The position numbers and the translations under genes are program-made. This document shows, one piece after another, positions 27,312 through 37,433 of a stretch of 51,392 nucleotides of DNA; position 1 is the first letter of the stretch; the number at the start of each line of letters is the position of its first letter. Below the pieces are notes generated by a model. That model was given only the letters and a program-made list of their open reading frames with translations, was not told the DNA's origin and searched no databases. This stretch comes from a virus. Lineage: Duplodnaviria; Caudoviricetes. The DNA lies in the IMG/VR virus record IMGVR_UViG_3300033153_003717, positions 1-51,392 of that record. One strand, written 5' to 3'.

Positions 27312-27869
27312 TTATACCATATCCTTTATAAATAATGGAGGTACCCAGTTACCGGATTTATATGTGTTAATAAACTTATCTGAAATGTTATCATCATTAA
27401 CCAGATAAAGACTATTATCCAGCTTAATAGCAGATTTTACCTTGTCCATTTTAATACTGTCGTCAATGATTAGTTTATTGCCAACATAAAGACATTGTGT
27501 TTCTGGTATTTCATTGATACCAGTCGCGAGCATTTGGTTCATATTTTCTTCTGAAAACACAAGATTAGTAGCATAAAAATCAAACCAAACTCCATATTTA
27601 ACCAATCCAAGAAGTATTCCATCTATTAAAAAAGCCTGAATCTTACGAATATTATATTGTTTATAATCATTAATAAACAATCTTACATCAACATCTGTTG
27701 GTTCAGAGTTAGGCAAAAGAACCGTTCCTTCAAAAAATAAAAGGTCTTTAAACTCTGTAAATAAAGGATGTTTGTGCATGTCACGAATCCATCCTGAAAT
27801 AATTTCATTAGTAGCTCCATGTAATACACGAATTTCTTGTTTAATAATTCCGTATTCAAATAACATCAT
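27312..27869 (-). CDS. Hypothetical protein, possible minimal nucleotidyltransferase fold
   Basis: FFEGTV...PTDVDVRL plus a later FDFY acidic strand. Confidence 0.5.
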   Translation of the reverse strand: MMLFEYGIIKQEIRVLHGATNEIISGWIRDMHKHPLFTEFKDLLFFEGTVLLPNSEPTDVDVRLFINDYKQYNIRKIQAFLIDGILLGLVKYGVWFDFYATNLVFSEENMNQMLATGINEIPETQCLYVGNKLIIDDSIKMDKVKSAIKLDNSLYLVNDDNISDKFINTYKSGNWVPPLFIKDMV

Positions 27870-28306
27870 TATACTGCACTAACTCCTACCTCAATGCTAC
27901 GTGCTGAATTATAGTTAGTAGCATTTATATTAAAGTAGTCTGTCCATGTTGCAAATATTATTTCTTCTCCTCCACCATTATAAGCAGCAATATCACAATC
28001 ATCCCCATTATTACTATCAACTTCCAATATGTCCTGATCAAAACCCCAGTCTGAGTTAGCTGACCTACTCCCTAATTTTGATGTAAATAAAGATCCAGCA
28101 CTGCTAAAAGTAAAATAGAAATTTTCTATATTACCTTCTTCCATCTCCGTAGGGCCTGTTACTCCTGTAATACTATCAATTGCAAAATTAATCATAGCTG
28201 TTGTTGCTGCAGATCCTCTTCCATCTGCTGCTAAACGAAATGCACCAGAAGTATTACCAGTTATTGCTCTTCTCAAACCGCTAAATGTTAGATTAGTTCT
28301 TGCCAA
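27869..28306 (-). CDS. Small tail-fibre-associated protein
   Basis: Overlaps the end of the 2540-aa fibre gene; G/S/T/N-rich. Confidence 0.6.
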   Translation of the reverse strand: MARTNLTFSGLRRAITGNTSGAFRLAADGRGSAATTAMINFAIDSITGVTGPTEMEEGNIENFYFTFSSAGSLFTSKLGSRSANSDWGFDQDILEVDSNNGDDCDIAAYNGGGEEIIFATWTDYFNINATNYNSARSIEVGVSAV

Positions 28307-31300
28307 CTAATTTCTCCAATCTATCTATTTGTTTTTGTTGTTCTTTTATTGCTTCCACCAATAAAGGAACGATTTTTGCATAATCTAAACTCATATATCC
28401 ATCTACTTCTCTTACTACTTCCGGAAGTATTTTCTGTACGTCTTGCGCAATAAGTCCAACATCGTGTGTTCCTATTCTGTGTTCTGGAACATGTTCATCA
28501 TCAATCCAATCAAATTCTATTCCTTCTATAGCCTTAATTTTTTCAACAGGATTAGATATGGTAATTTTATTATTTTTTAATCTATAATCAGAAGTATAAT
28601 AAGCTGTAATTTCACCAGTAGCATTTATAGCCCCAGCAACTGTTAAGTTGCCAGTAATTTCTACAGCATCAAGAAATGAAAATACATTTGTTGTATTAAA
28701 TACCATATCTCCTTCATTATCATCCATTGTGATAGTACCTGAAGATTGATCTGATGTTAATGTTAAAACAGCATCATCTCCAGTGGCTGTTAGAGTTAAG
28801 GCTCTATCAGCATCCAAATACAGTTGTGTATGCTCATGTGTTGCTATATCTGTTTCATTTGTTGACACTCTACCAGCTATTGATGAACTAAATGCTGTAT
28901 CAGGTGGAACACCAGTAATGTTTGAACCGTCACCATAAAAATTAGACGCAGATACATTTCCCCAAGCATGAAAATCAGCCATAGGTGTATCTGTACCAAT
29001 TCCTACATCACCACCTACTTCATTTGAAATAGTTAATTTATGAGTACCATCTACTGTTAAATAAACTTTTCTATTGGTACTGTCAATAACCATACCATCA
29101 TCAAATTCATTCCTAATATTGTATTCACCTGCAGAACCACCTACTATTATACCATCAGTAGAAATACTACTTGCTGATATTGAACTCCAAACATGTAAAT
29201 CTGTAACAGGAGCAGTCGTACCAATTCCTACATTTCCACCAGATTTTATATAAACACCAGATGAACCATTAGCACGTATATCTATATTATCAGTAGCAAC
29301 ATAATCTATATAAGTATTGTTACCAATAGTACCAAAATATATTGTATCAGCAACGTGTAAATCAGCAGTAGTATATATATCACCAACTACATGAAGTTTT
29401 TCAGATGGATCTGTTGTACCAATACCTACCAATCCAGTAGGTGAAAGTGTCAAAGACAAATTTCCATTAGCATACATATCAATATAATCTGTCGCACGAT
29501 AATCTATATAAGTATTATTATCTCTTGATCCCATATAAATTGTATCTGTAACATGTAAATCATCTGTAATATAAACACTACCAGAAACATGCAATTTTTC
29601 AAGAGGATCAGTTGTACCAATTCCAACATAACCACCAGATACTTGAAGAGAAATATCAGCAACAATAGGAGTATAATTAATATATCCTTGTATTTGAACA
29701 TCTTCGTCTGATGCTGGTTGTGATATTCGAAGATAATGATCATATGTTTCATTTGCTCCAACATGTAAATATGGAGTATAAACCCTGGACGCAGTTATAT
29801 TACCAGCCACATGAAGTTGTTCTTGTGGATCAGTCATACCAATTCCTACATTTCCACCAGATTTTATATAAACACCAGATGAACCATTAGCACGTATATC
29901 TATATTATCAGTTCCTGAATAATCTATATAAGTATTATTATCACGGCTACCTAAATGAATAGTTTCATTAACGTGTAAATCAGCAGTAGTATATATGTCG
30001 CCATCAACATGAAGTTTTTCAAGTATAGCTTGTGTCCCAATTCCTACCTTTCCCAAGATACGCAAATTTCCAGAACCAGTTATATGTCCAGAAAAATTAC
30101 TACCATTTGCACCTACGGAAAATTCTACACCACCTCCAACTGAAAATTCATGATATGTATTACTTGACAAATATTGATAAACATTGTCTTCATTTTCATC
30201 AGAAAATGTAATAGAATCACTTATTAAAGATATACCTTCACTATTATCATCAAATACACTAATACCTCCACCATTTACAACTAATTTTCTGGGAGGATTA
30301 GTTATACCAATTCCTACATTACCTTTTAATACTGTCGTAGCAATAGAATCGTTCCCCAATACAACAGAATTAGAACCAACACCAATAGCACTACTACCAA
30401 TTACAATTTGATTTTCTTCTGCATCTGCATTAGCCTTTGTCATTTGACCTATAAAAATTGAGGCTGTTGCCTGTGTAAGTTCAGTACTAACACCATAATA
30501 TCCACCAGCCCAATATCCTATTGACACATTAGTTGTTCCACCTCTAAGATAATAACTTGCATGATCACCAACAGCAGTATTTTGACTACCGCTACTCCAA
30601 TAAAGAGCATGACTTCCAATTGCTGTGTTACTATCACCTTCATCATTCGCATACATAGTGCTTGTACCAATTGCTATATTAAGATGGCCTGCTGTATTCG
30701 AATATAAAGAACGATGTCCAATTGCTATATTCATATAACCTGACGTATTAGTATATAATGCCTCAAAACCAAGTCCTACATTTTCATTGTCAGTTAAATC
30801 ATCATTTCTACCAACATTAGAACCGATATATGTAGATTCTCCCAATCCAGTTTGACTAATAAAACCAGTAAATTCATGAACATCATCAGAACTGTCACCA
30901 AATTGAGTTGACCCAGAACTATATATGATTGAACTGGAAACATAACTTGTATGAAACTCTTGAGCTATGAGAAGTCCATCAACTGTAAGAGAACCAGTTA
31001 TTAAGGCATCTCCAGCTACTTCCAATTTAACTGATGGATTAGTCGTACCAATTCCTACATTTTGATTGGCAAGAATATCAATAGCAGGTATTCCGGCCGT
31101 AACAAAAGCTAATCTATTTACTCCAGATGGACTTAACATTCCTGTATCTGCATCATTCGTAAATGTATAAACAGGATCAGTATAACCACTATTTTCTTGA
31201 CCATAAATTTCATTTACACCTGAAATAACCATAACACCACTACTACCAACAAGATTTGTTCCCACTCGTAAAGTAGCATCTGTTCTAATATCACCAACCA

Positions 31301-34300
31301 CATCTAAAGCATAAAGTGGATTATTTGTACCAATACCCACATTGCTCATTCTGTGTATTTCTCCAGCAGATGCTGTCCAATATGCATTGTCGGCTGTTAA
31401 ACCTGTAAGATTTGAACCATCACCGTAAAATTCAGAAGCCGAAACATTGCTCCATACATGTAAATCTTCTTCTGGTGAAGCCGTACCAATTCCTATACTT
31501 TCAGCTTGAATTCTATCTGTTTTAATGGCTGTTGATGCTGATATTTCTCCATCCCAATTTATTATTCCTTGACCTCCAAGTACTCCTAAAGTCATATCCA
31601 ATAAAAGTGTACCACCAGCATAAAATTGTAAATTATCAGTTGCTACATAATCTATAAAAGTATCATTATCAATACTACCAAAATGAAGAGTGTCGGCAAC
31701 GTGTAAATCAGCAGTCGTGTATATGTCACCGGCTACATGAAGTTTTTCAGTTGGATTAGTTGTACCAATTCCTACACTACCACCCCTAAAATATGAACTC
31801 CCACTTGAATTTATTAAAACTGTTTGAATATTATAATTATTTTGTAATTTTAATTGACCCCCTGTTGTATAAGTAACATCAAACACAATTAGATTATCTT
31901 GACCTGGATAATTACCTTTAAAAATAAAATCAGCATTATATCTTTTTAATTCAATGGTCATAGAATCAGCAGACAAATCATTAGTATAAATATCTACCAT
32001 TGAAGTTCCAGTATTACTATATCTACCTAATTTTAATACAATAGCACTTGACCCATCATCACTGCCTTTAAAATATCCATAAGTATCTGATTTTATATAA
32101 CTTGAAGCCGATATAGCACCAACAACAGTTAATTCTGTTGCCGGTGTATTCGTACCAATTCCAACTCTACTTGTATCGTCAATATATAATGTATTGGCAT
32201 CTGCACCATCTTCTATTGTCATTATTATATTTGAACCGTCGTGAAATATAAAATTCCCACTTGCAACATAAGTATTCCATTGAACAGTTCCATCATTATA
32301 CCATTGAATACCTGTTCCACTACCATTTCCATGAATCCGTAATGGATAAAATTCAGATGATGAAATTTCAACATAACCACTGTAATTTAATCTTAATAAA
32401 TTATTAAATGGAGTTCCCTCTCCAATATCACGAGAAAATTGTAAATTAGAATCATCTTTTATTCCCATATACCAATCAGTTCCACCTCGACGCATTCTAA
32501 GCATTGCATCATGAGTTCCAGCATCTTCATGAATCCACATATAATTATCAGCACCATTGGTATATACTTCAAGTTTCTGTGATGGATTTGTTGTACCAAT
32601 ACCAACATATCTTGAAGTATCACTCACATAAACTTCATCAGCAGAACTTAATTTCCAAAGAGAAGCAGATGTTGCGACATCTCCCAGATTATCAGCACTT
32701 ATACCTGTAAGATTTGAACCATCACCATAAAATTCAGAAGCACTTATATTACTCCATACATGTAATTGTTCTTCTGGCAATTCTGTTCCAATTCCTACTT
32801 CACCACTCGTTAAAATTTTCAAATAATTTTCTTTTCCTCCACCAACTGGATTATATACGATATTAAAACCGAAATTTGAACCGAAACTCGCAGATGCAAC
32901 CAAATCCCAATAATTATCTAAAACACCACCAGCACCACTTTCAGCAAGTCGTAATGTTGGACGCGCTGTTGTTACACTCGGATCAGAATCTTGAATTAAT
33001 AAAACTGGATCAGCATCATATATTTTTACGCTACCAGTTATTTGCATATCATCTCTAAATCGACTTGTGCCATTTACATCTAACAAAGTTGCTGGTGCTG
33101 TAGTGTTAATTCCTACATTACCTGTTGATGCAACTATTCTCATTTGTTCTGTCGATGTATTTGTATTAAATACCATATCATTCGTTGAATAAGCCGAAAA
33201 CACACCAGTATAACTTACGACATCTTTATTAAAAATGAATCTTGATCTATCAGTGTATATGTGAGCCCAACCAGCATTTAATGGAGTTATACTAACATAT
33301 CCATGAGTATTTTCTAACCGTAAACCAATAGTTGTTTCTGCATCAAATGTTATTTCTGCTCCACTGGCTGTATTAGCAGTTCCTAAATATAAATAATCAT
33401 TTATAGTAGCAGAACCCGATACCATTAACGATCCAGTAAATTGATGAACATCATCAGCACTGTCGCCAAATTTTGTTGAACCAGATGCATAAACTATTGA
33501 CGACGAAACATATGAAGTATGAAACTCTTGGGCTGTGAGAAGTCCATTAACTGTAAGAGAACCAGTTATTAAAGCATCTCCATGTACTTCTAACTCAACT
33601 GTTGGTAATACCGATCCCATTAAACCAACACCAAGTTTTCCAGATTCAGTTAATTTTAACAATCTTTCCGCCGCGCTATTCACAATTGTAAAATAATCTG
33701 TTGCCCCATTCCAACTAACCGTTAATCCATACTTATTATCAATGCCTGTAATACCTGTTCTATCAATTAAAAGATGACTATTAAATGCGGATGAACTAAT
33801 ATGTAATTTTGTAGATGCATTAGTCGTACCAATTCCTACATTACCACCAGCTTCTATTCTCATCCGCTCAGTAGTATTTGTCGCGAATCTAAGTGGAGTG
33901 TTTTCTCTATTCCAAACAATAGCTGTTTCATCACTTGTATAACCAATACTCAGCCCATCTCCACCTGTTGTACCAGATTCTCCAGTAGTCATTTGAATGT
34001 ATGTATTAGAACTATCTTCATTATGTATATGTAATTTATTTGCAGGATTAGTTATACCAATTCCAACATAACTCATTCTATGTATTTCACCAGCAGAACC
34101 AGTCCAATATGCATTATCAGCACTTATACCAGTAAGATTTGAACCATCTCCGTAAAAAGCCGAAGCAGTAACATTATTCCAAACATGCAATGATGAACTT
34201 TCTTCTGCATAAATATAACCATCTGTTGCTATTTCAGAACCTATTCCAAGATTACCAGTATGTGTATCAAAATAATAACGATCAATTGTCGCTGTTCCAT

Positions 34301-35915
34301 TATATTGTAATATTTTAGTATCACCTGTAAAATACATTCTATTTGATGTAAAATATGAACCGGCACTTACTTGAAAACGAGTAGAACGAATTTGACCACC
34401 TTGTGCATCAACAATGAATGTTCCGTTATCAGTAGTTCCGATTCCTATTCTGTCGAAATATGCATAAGAACCAGATACATTACCATCTACATGAAGTTTT
34501 TCTTGTGGAGAAGCAGTTCCAATTCCTACATAATCAGTAGACATATTAGCATAAATTGTATTACCGATATTTAATTGATAATCACCTGTTGCAGATGGTA
34601 ATTCAACATTGTAACCAATAGCAATGTTATAATCTCCTGTTGTTAAATCACCCCCAGTAGCATAGCCAAATAAAGTATTATATCTTCCAGTAGTTATGTT
34701 GCTTCCCACGCTAAAGCCCATCCCTGTATTCCCAGTTCCAGATACACTATCTAATGAATTATATCCGACCGCAGTATTGTAACTTCCACTTGTTCCAAAT
34801 CGTAATGATACATAACCGATTGCTGTATTACCAGTTCCGGTTATATTTGCGTTCATTGCGTAATAACCAACAGCAACATTATTAGGAGCAGTTGTATTTG
34901 CATACAGAGAACCTGCTCCAACTGCAACATTGTTATATCCTATTGTGTTTGCATTCAGTACCGACGCCCCGATAGCAGTATTATTACTTGCACCGAATCC
35001 GTGTGCTAAAGTATAATAACCAATAGCCATATTACCTGAACCACTTTGATTTAATACTAAAGATTGATACCCCAAACCAACATTATTATTACCTGTTGTA
35101 TTATCGCGAAGTGTTCTATTTCCGACTGCTGTATTTCGTGCACCAGCCACAGTGTTTTGTAATGTTGCAAACCCAAATGCTGTATTTTGACCACCACCAG
35201 CACCAGACCAACTTTGTCCAGCATTTAATCCAACAGCCGTTGCTTCACTTCCCGGAGAAACAACAGATAATACACCAGATACATGAAGCGCGGTTGCTGG
35301 ATTTGTCGTACCAATTCCTACATTATTCATAAAGTAACTCTCTGAACCACTTTGACGAATACTGCCTGTAAATTGATGTATGTCGTCTCCAGTATCTCCG
35401 AACTTAGTTGAACCTGACGCATAAACTATTGAACTGGAAACATATGATGTATGAAATTCTTGTGCAGTTAATATACCATTAACTGTAAGAGAACCAGTTA
35501 TTAAAGCATCTCCATGTACTGTTAATTTTACAGATGGATTTGTCGTACCGATTCCTACATTACCCGTTTGAGTAATTCGTAAAATTTCCTCATTAGATAC
35601 ATAAAAAGCATGACCATTATAAAATCTATATTCTGTTACTTCTCCTCTAACTGTTTTTATTTGACGGTTTCCATCTCCAAGACGTATAATTGCCGTTTCT
35701 GTACCTACATATGTACTTGGTTCAACTGCAAGTACTGCATCAGTTGTTGAACTCTTTATATGTAAATCATATGATGGAGATATACCAATTCCTACATTAC
35801 CACTTCCAGAAATAATTAAATCATTTCCACTACTTGATATTTGATAAGTAATATCACCAGTATCTTTAAAATCTATTGTTCCAGATGTCGGTACTATATA
35901 AATATCTCTTGCCAC
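28293..35915 (-). CDS. Giant modular tail fibre with YadA-like beta-roll repeats and C-terminal peptidase S74 chaperone
   Basis: Many GNVGIGTTNP repeats; NTAVGxxxL repeats; C-terminal YTSDYRLK...GLIAQDVQKILPEVV...DYAKIVPLLVEAIKE. Confidence 0.85.
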   Translation of the reverse strand: MARDIYIVPTSGTIDFKDTGDITYQISSSGNDLIISGSGNVGIGISPSYDLHIKSSTTDAVLAVEPSTYVGTETAIIRLGDGNRQIKTVRGEVTEYRFYNGHAFYVSNEEILRITQTGNVGIGTTNPSVKLTVHGDALITGSLTVNGILTAQEFHTSYVSSSIVYASGSTKFGDTGDDIHQFTGSIRQSGSESYFMNNVGIGTTNPATALHVSGVLSVVSPGSEATAVGLNAGQSWSGAGGGQNTAFGFATLQNTVAGARNTAVGNRTLRDNTTGNNNVGLGYQSLVLNQSGSGNMAIGYYTLAHGFGASNNTAIGASVLNANTIGYNNVAVGAGSLYANTTAPNNVAVGYYAMNANITGTGNTAIGYVSLRFGTSGSYNTAVGYNSLDSVSGTGNTGMGFSVGSNITTGRYNTLFGYATGGDLTTGDYNIAIGYNVELPSATGDYQLNIGNTIYANMSTDYVGIGTASPQEKLHVDGNVSGSYAYFDRIGIGTTDNGTFIVDAQGGQIRSTRFQVSAGSYFTSNRMYFTGDTKILQYNGTATIDRYYFDTHTGNLGIGSEIATDGYIYAEESSSLHVWNNVTASAFYGDGSNLTGISADNAYWTGSAGEIHRMSYVGIGITNPANKLHIHNEDSSNTYIQMTTGESGTTGGDGLSIGYTSDETAIVWNRENTPLRFATNTTERMRIEAGGNVGIGTTNASTKLHISSSAFNSHLLIDRTGITGIDNKYGLTVSWNGATDYFTIVNSAAERLLKLTESGKLGVGLMGSVLPTVELEVHGDALITGSLTVNGLLTAQEFHTSYVSSSIVYASGSTKFGDSADDVHQFTGSLMVSGSATINDYLYLGTANTASGAEITFDAETTIGLRLENTHGYVSITPLNAGWAHIYTDRSRFIFNKDVVSYTGVFSAYSTNDMVFNTNTSTEQMRIVASTGNVGINTTAPATLLDVNGTSRFRDDMQITGSVKIYDADPVLLIQDSDPSVTTARPTLRLAESGAGGVLDNYWDLVASASFGSNFGFNIVYNPVGGGKENYLKILTSGEVGIGTELPEEQLHVWSNISASEFYGDGSNLTGISADNLGDVATSASLWKLSSADEVYVSDTSRYVGIGTTNPSQKLEVYTNGADNYMWIHEDAGTHDAMLRMRRGGTDWYMGIKDDSNLQFSRDIGEGTPFNNLLRLNYSGYVEISSSEFYPLRIHGNGSGTGIQWYNDGTVQWNTYVASGNFIFHDGSNIIMTIEDGADANTLYIDDTSRVGIGTNTPATELTVVGAISASSYIKSDTYGYFKGSDDGSSAIVLKLGRYSNTGTSMVDIYTNDLSADSMTIELKRYNADFIFKGNYPGQDNLIVFDVTYTTGGQLKLQNNYNIQTVLINSSGSSYFRGGSVGIGTTNPTEKLHVAGDIYTTADLHVADTLHFGSIDNDTFIDYVATDNLQFYAGGTLLLDMTLGVLGGQGIINWDGEISASTAIKTDRIQAESIGIGTASPEEDLHVWSNVSASEFYGDGSNLTGLTADNAYWTASAGEIHRMSNVGIGTNNPLYALDVVGDIRTDATLRVGTNLVGSSGVMVISGVNEIYGQENSGYTDPVYTFTNDADTGMLSPSGVNRLAFVTAGIPAIDILANQNVGIGTTNPSVKLEVAGDALITGSLTVDGLLIAQEFHTSYVSSSIIYSSGSTQFGDSSDDVHEFTGFISQTGLGESTYIGSNVGRNDDLTDNENVGLGFEALYTNTSGYMNIAIGHRSLYSNTAGHLNIAIGTSTMYANDEGDSNTAIGSHALYWSSGSQNTAVGDHASYYLRGGTTNVSIGYWAGGYYGVSTELTQATASIFIGQMTKANADAEENQIVIGSSAIGVGSNSVVLGNDSIATTVLKGNVGIGITNPPRKLVVNGGGISVFDDNSEGISLISDSITFSDENEDNVYQYLSSNTYHEFSVGGGVEFSVGANGSNFSGHITGSGNLRILGKVGIGTQAILEKLHVDGDIYTTADLHVNETIHLGSRDNNTYIDYSGTDNIDIRANGSSGVYIKSGGNVGIGMTDPQEQLHVAGNITASRVYTPYLHVGANETYDHYLRISQPASDEDVQIQGYINYTPIVADISLQVSGGYVGIGTTDPLEKLHVSGSVYITDDLHVTDTIYMGSRDNNTYIDYRATDYIDMYANGNLSLTLSPTGLVGIGTTDPSEKLHVVGDIYTTADLHVADTIYFGTIGNNTYIDYVATDNIDIRANGSSGVYIKSGGNVGIGTTAPVTDLHVWSSISASSISTDGIIVGGSAGEYNIRNEFDDGMVIDSTNRKVYLTVDGTHKLTISNEVGGDVGIGTDTPMADFHAWGNVSASNFYGDGSNITGVPPDTAFSSSIAGRVSTNETDIATHEHTQLYLDADRALTLTATGDDAVLTLTSDQSSGTITMDDNEGDMVFNTTNVFSFLDAVEITGNLTVAGAINATGEITAYYTSDYRLKNNKITISNPVEKIKAIEGIEFDWIDDEHVPEHRIGTHDVGLIAQDVQKILPEVVREVDGYMSLDYAKIVPLLVEAIKEQQKQIDRLEKLVGKN
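29219..29912. repeat. Identical 76-bp direct repeat (29219-29294 and 29837-29912) inside the fibre gene
   Basis: Direct base comparison; encodes TDNIDIRANGSSGVYIKSGGNVGIG. Confidence 0.8.
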
Positions 35916-35940
35916 TTCATTTTCTCCAAGTTGTTATATA

Positions 35941-35949
35941 CATAAATAT
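35941..35949 (-). promoter_or_regulatory. Candidate late promoter (ATATTTATG variant)
   Basis: One mismatch to the motif; upstream of the GTG at 35915. Confidence 0.45.
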
Positions 35950-35958
35950 CAATTTTTA

Positions 35959-36675
35959 CTATAATCCAAATCTACCACGAGATGATATATAATTTTGTGC
36001 GATTTCCTTGTCAGTTAATACTCTATCATAAAATGCTATTAATCCAATATCAACCGGTGCATAATAACTACTTACCGTATATCCAATTCTACCTAATATC
36101 ATTCCTTGTGAGCCTATTGTTGGTATAGAACTTCCACCGCGTATCTGTGTTAAAGAAGTTCCAGTCTCTTTCCTGTCATTAATCCATATTGTTAAATTTG
36201 TTGGATTTAAAGCACCCGCTGTTTTAACCCAATGAACCAATACCCAACTATTCAATGGAAAATCATCTCCTGTCGTTATTGTCGAATTACCCCACAAATC
36301 TAATGCTATATCATTAGGAGTACCACCATTATATGAACCTATTCCATCTAATGTAGCACCTGTACCAAATCCCCAACATGCTTCATTTATCATATCTCCT
36401 GTTCGATAAAACGCACCAAATACAGTAAAATCAGGATCTCCTTGTAATCCAGTCGGTGTTCCTACATATTGTGCTATATCATTCACTCCATCAAATACTA
36501 TTCGTTTTGATGCAGCACTACCACTTATACCAGCACCATTATAATTAATAAAATTATTATCACTATTAACTAAATTATGTAAAATAGCACCAGTCGAATA
36601 ACTTTGATTATCAGACGCATCTAAATATACTAATAATCCATCTGTTACTATTTTTGATCCTCCATACGCACTCAT
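35959..36675 (-). CDS. LamG/concanavalin A-like virion protein
   Basis: IVTDGLLVYLDAS...FDGVND...FYDRVLTDKEIAQNY...GRFGL. Confidence 0.8.
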   Translation of the reverse strand: MSAYGGSKIVTDGLLVYLDASDNQSYSTGAILHNLVNSDNNFINYNGAGISGSAASKRIVFDGVNDIAQYVGTPTGLQGDPDFTVFGAFYRTGDMINEACWGFGTGATLDGIGSYNGGTPNDIALDLWGNSTITTGDDFPLNSWVLVHWVKTAGALNPTNLTIWINDRKETGTSLTQIRGGSSIPTIGSQGMILGRIGYTVSSYYAPVDIGLIAFYDRVLTDKEIAQNYISSRGRFGL

Positions 36676-37433
36676 TTAAATCTTCCTTTTGTAGCAATGT
36701 AATTTTGTTTCTTTTCGTCGTCAGTTAATATCCTATTATATATTCGTGTTGTAGCAATTTTTCCTTTGAAATGTCGACTTGGATATGATAAATTTGCGGT
36801 ATTAGATGAATTAAAATATCCAACGCCAAAATTATTGTTTGAACCAATATATGTTCCGGGATCAGGCCATTGTGCGTATGTTGTTTCATCAAATGTATTC
36901 GTTCCTCGTAATTCAGTATCAATATATAAATTCATAATACCATTTTCCATGTCTTTATCTAATGCTACTAAATGCCATTCATTTTTTGTAACAACAGTCT
37001 TTACTTGCCTATATGTCTGTGTATCTGTAATCAATGAAAATTCTAAACCAGCAGTTTCTGTTAATGGTTCAGGTAATGTACCGGACACACACAATCCTCC
37101 CATTGAATTATCAGAATAACCACCATTTCCATTCATTAAATAGCCAATAATTCCAGCAGATTCAGATTGATAAGTATCTATATTAAACCAACATTCAATA
37201 GTTGAACTCGATTGATGATTATATATGTTTGTCCAATTTATTTCGTCGTCATCACCATCAAAATTAAAAAAACTTCCTGTTATCTGTGGATTACCTGTAA
37301 TAGTTCCATGATACCCATTTCCACTCAAATCATATAAAATTGAACTACCACTCCTATAACTCTTGTAATTCGTAGGATCACACATGAAAACTAATCCATC
37401 AGTTATTATTCTTGGATTGTGATAAAAACTCAT
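36672..37433 (-). CDS. LamG/concanavalin A-like virion protein
   Basis: IITDGLVF...DLSGNG...FDGDDD...IYNRILT...QNYIATKGRF; paralogous to its neighbour. Confidence 0.8.
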   Translation of the reverse strand: MSFYHNPRIITDGLVFMCDPTNYKSYRSGSSILYDLSGNGYHGTITGNPQITGSFFNFDGDDDEINWTNIYNHQSSSTIECWFNIDTYQSESAGIIGYLMNGNGGYSDNSMGGLCVSGTLPEPLTETAGLEFSLITDTQTYRQVKTVVTKNEWHLVALDKDMENGIMNLYIDTELRGTNTFDETTYAQWPDPGTYIGSNNNFGVGYFNSSNTANLSYPSRHFKGKIATTRIYNRILTDDEKKQNYIATKGRFK

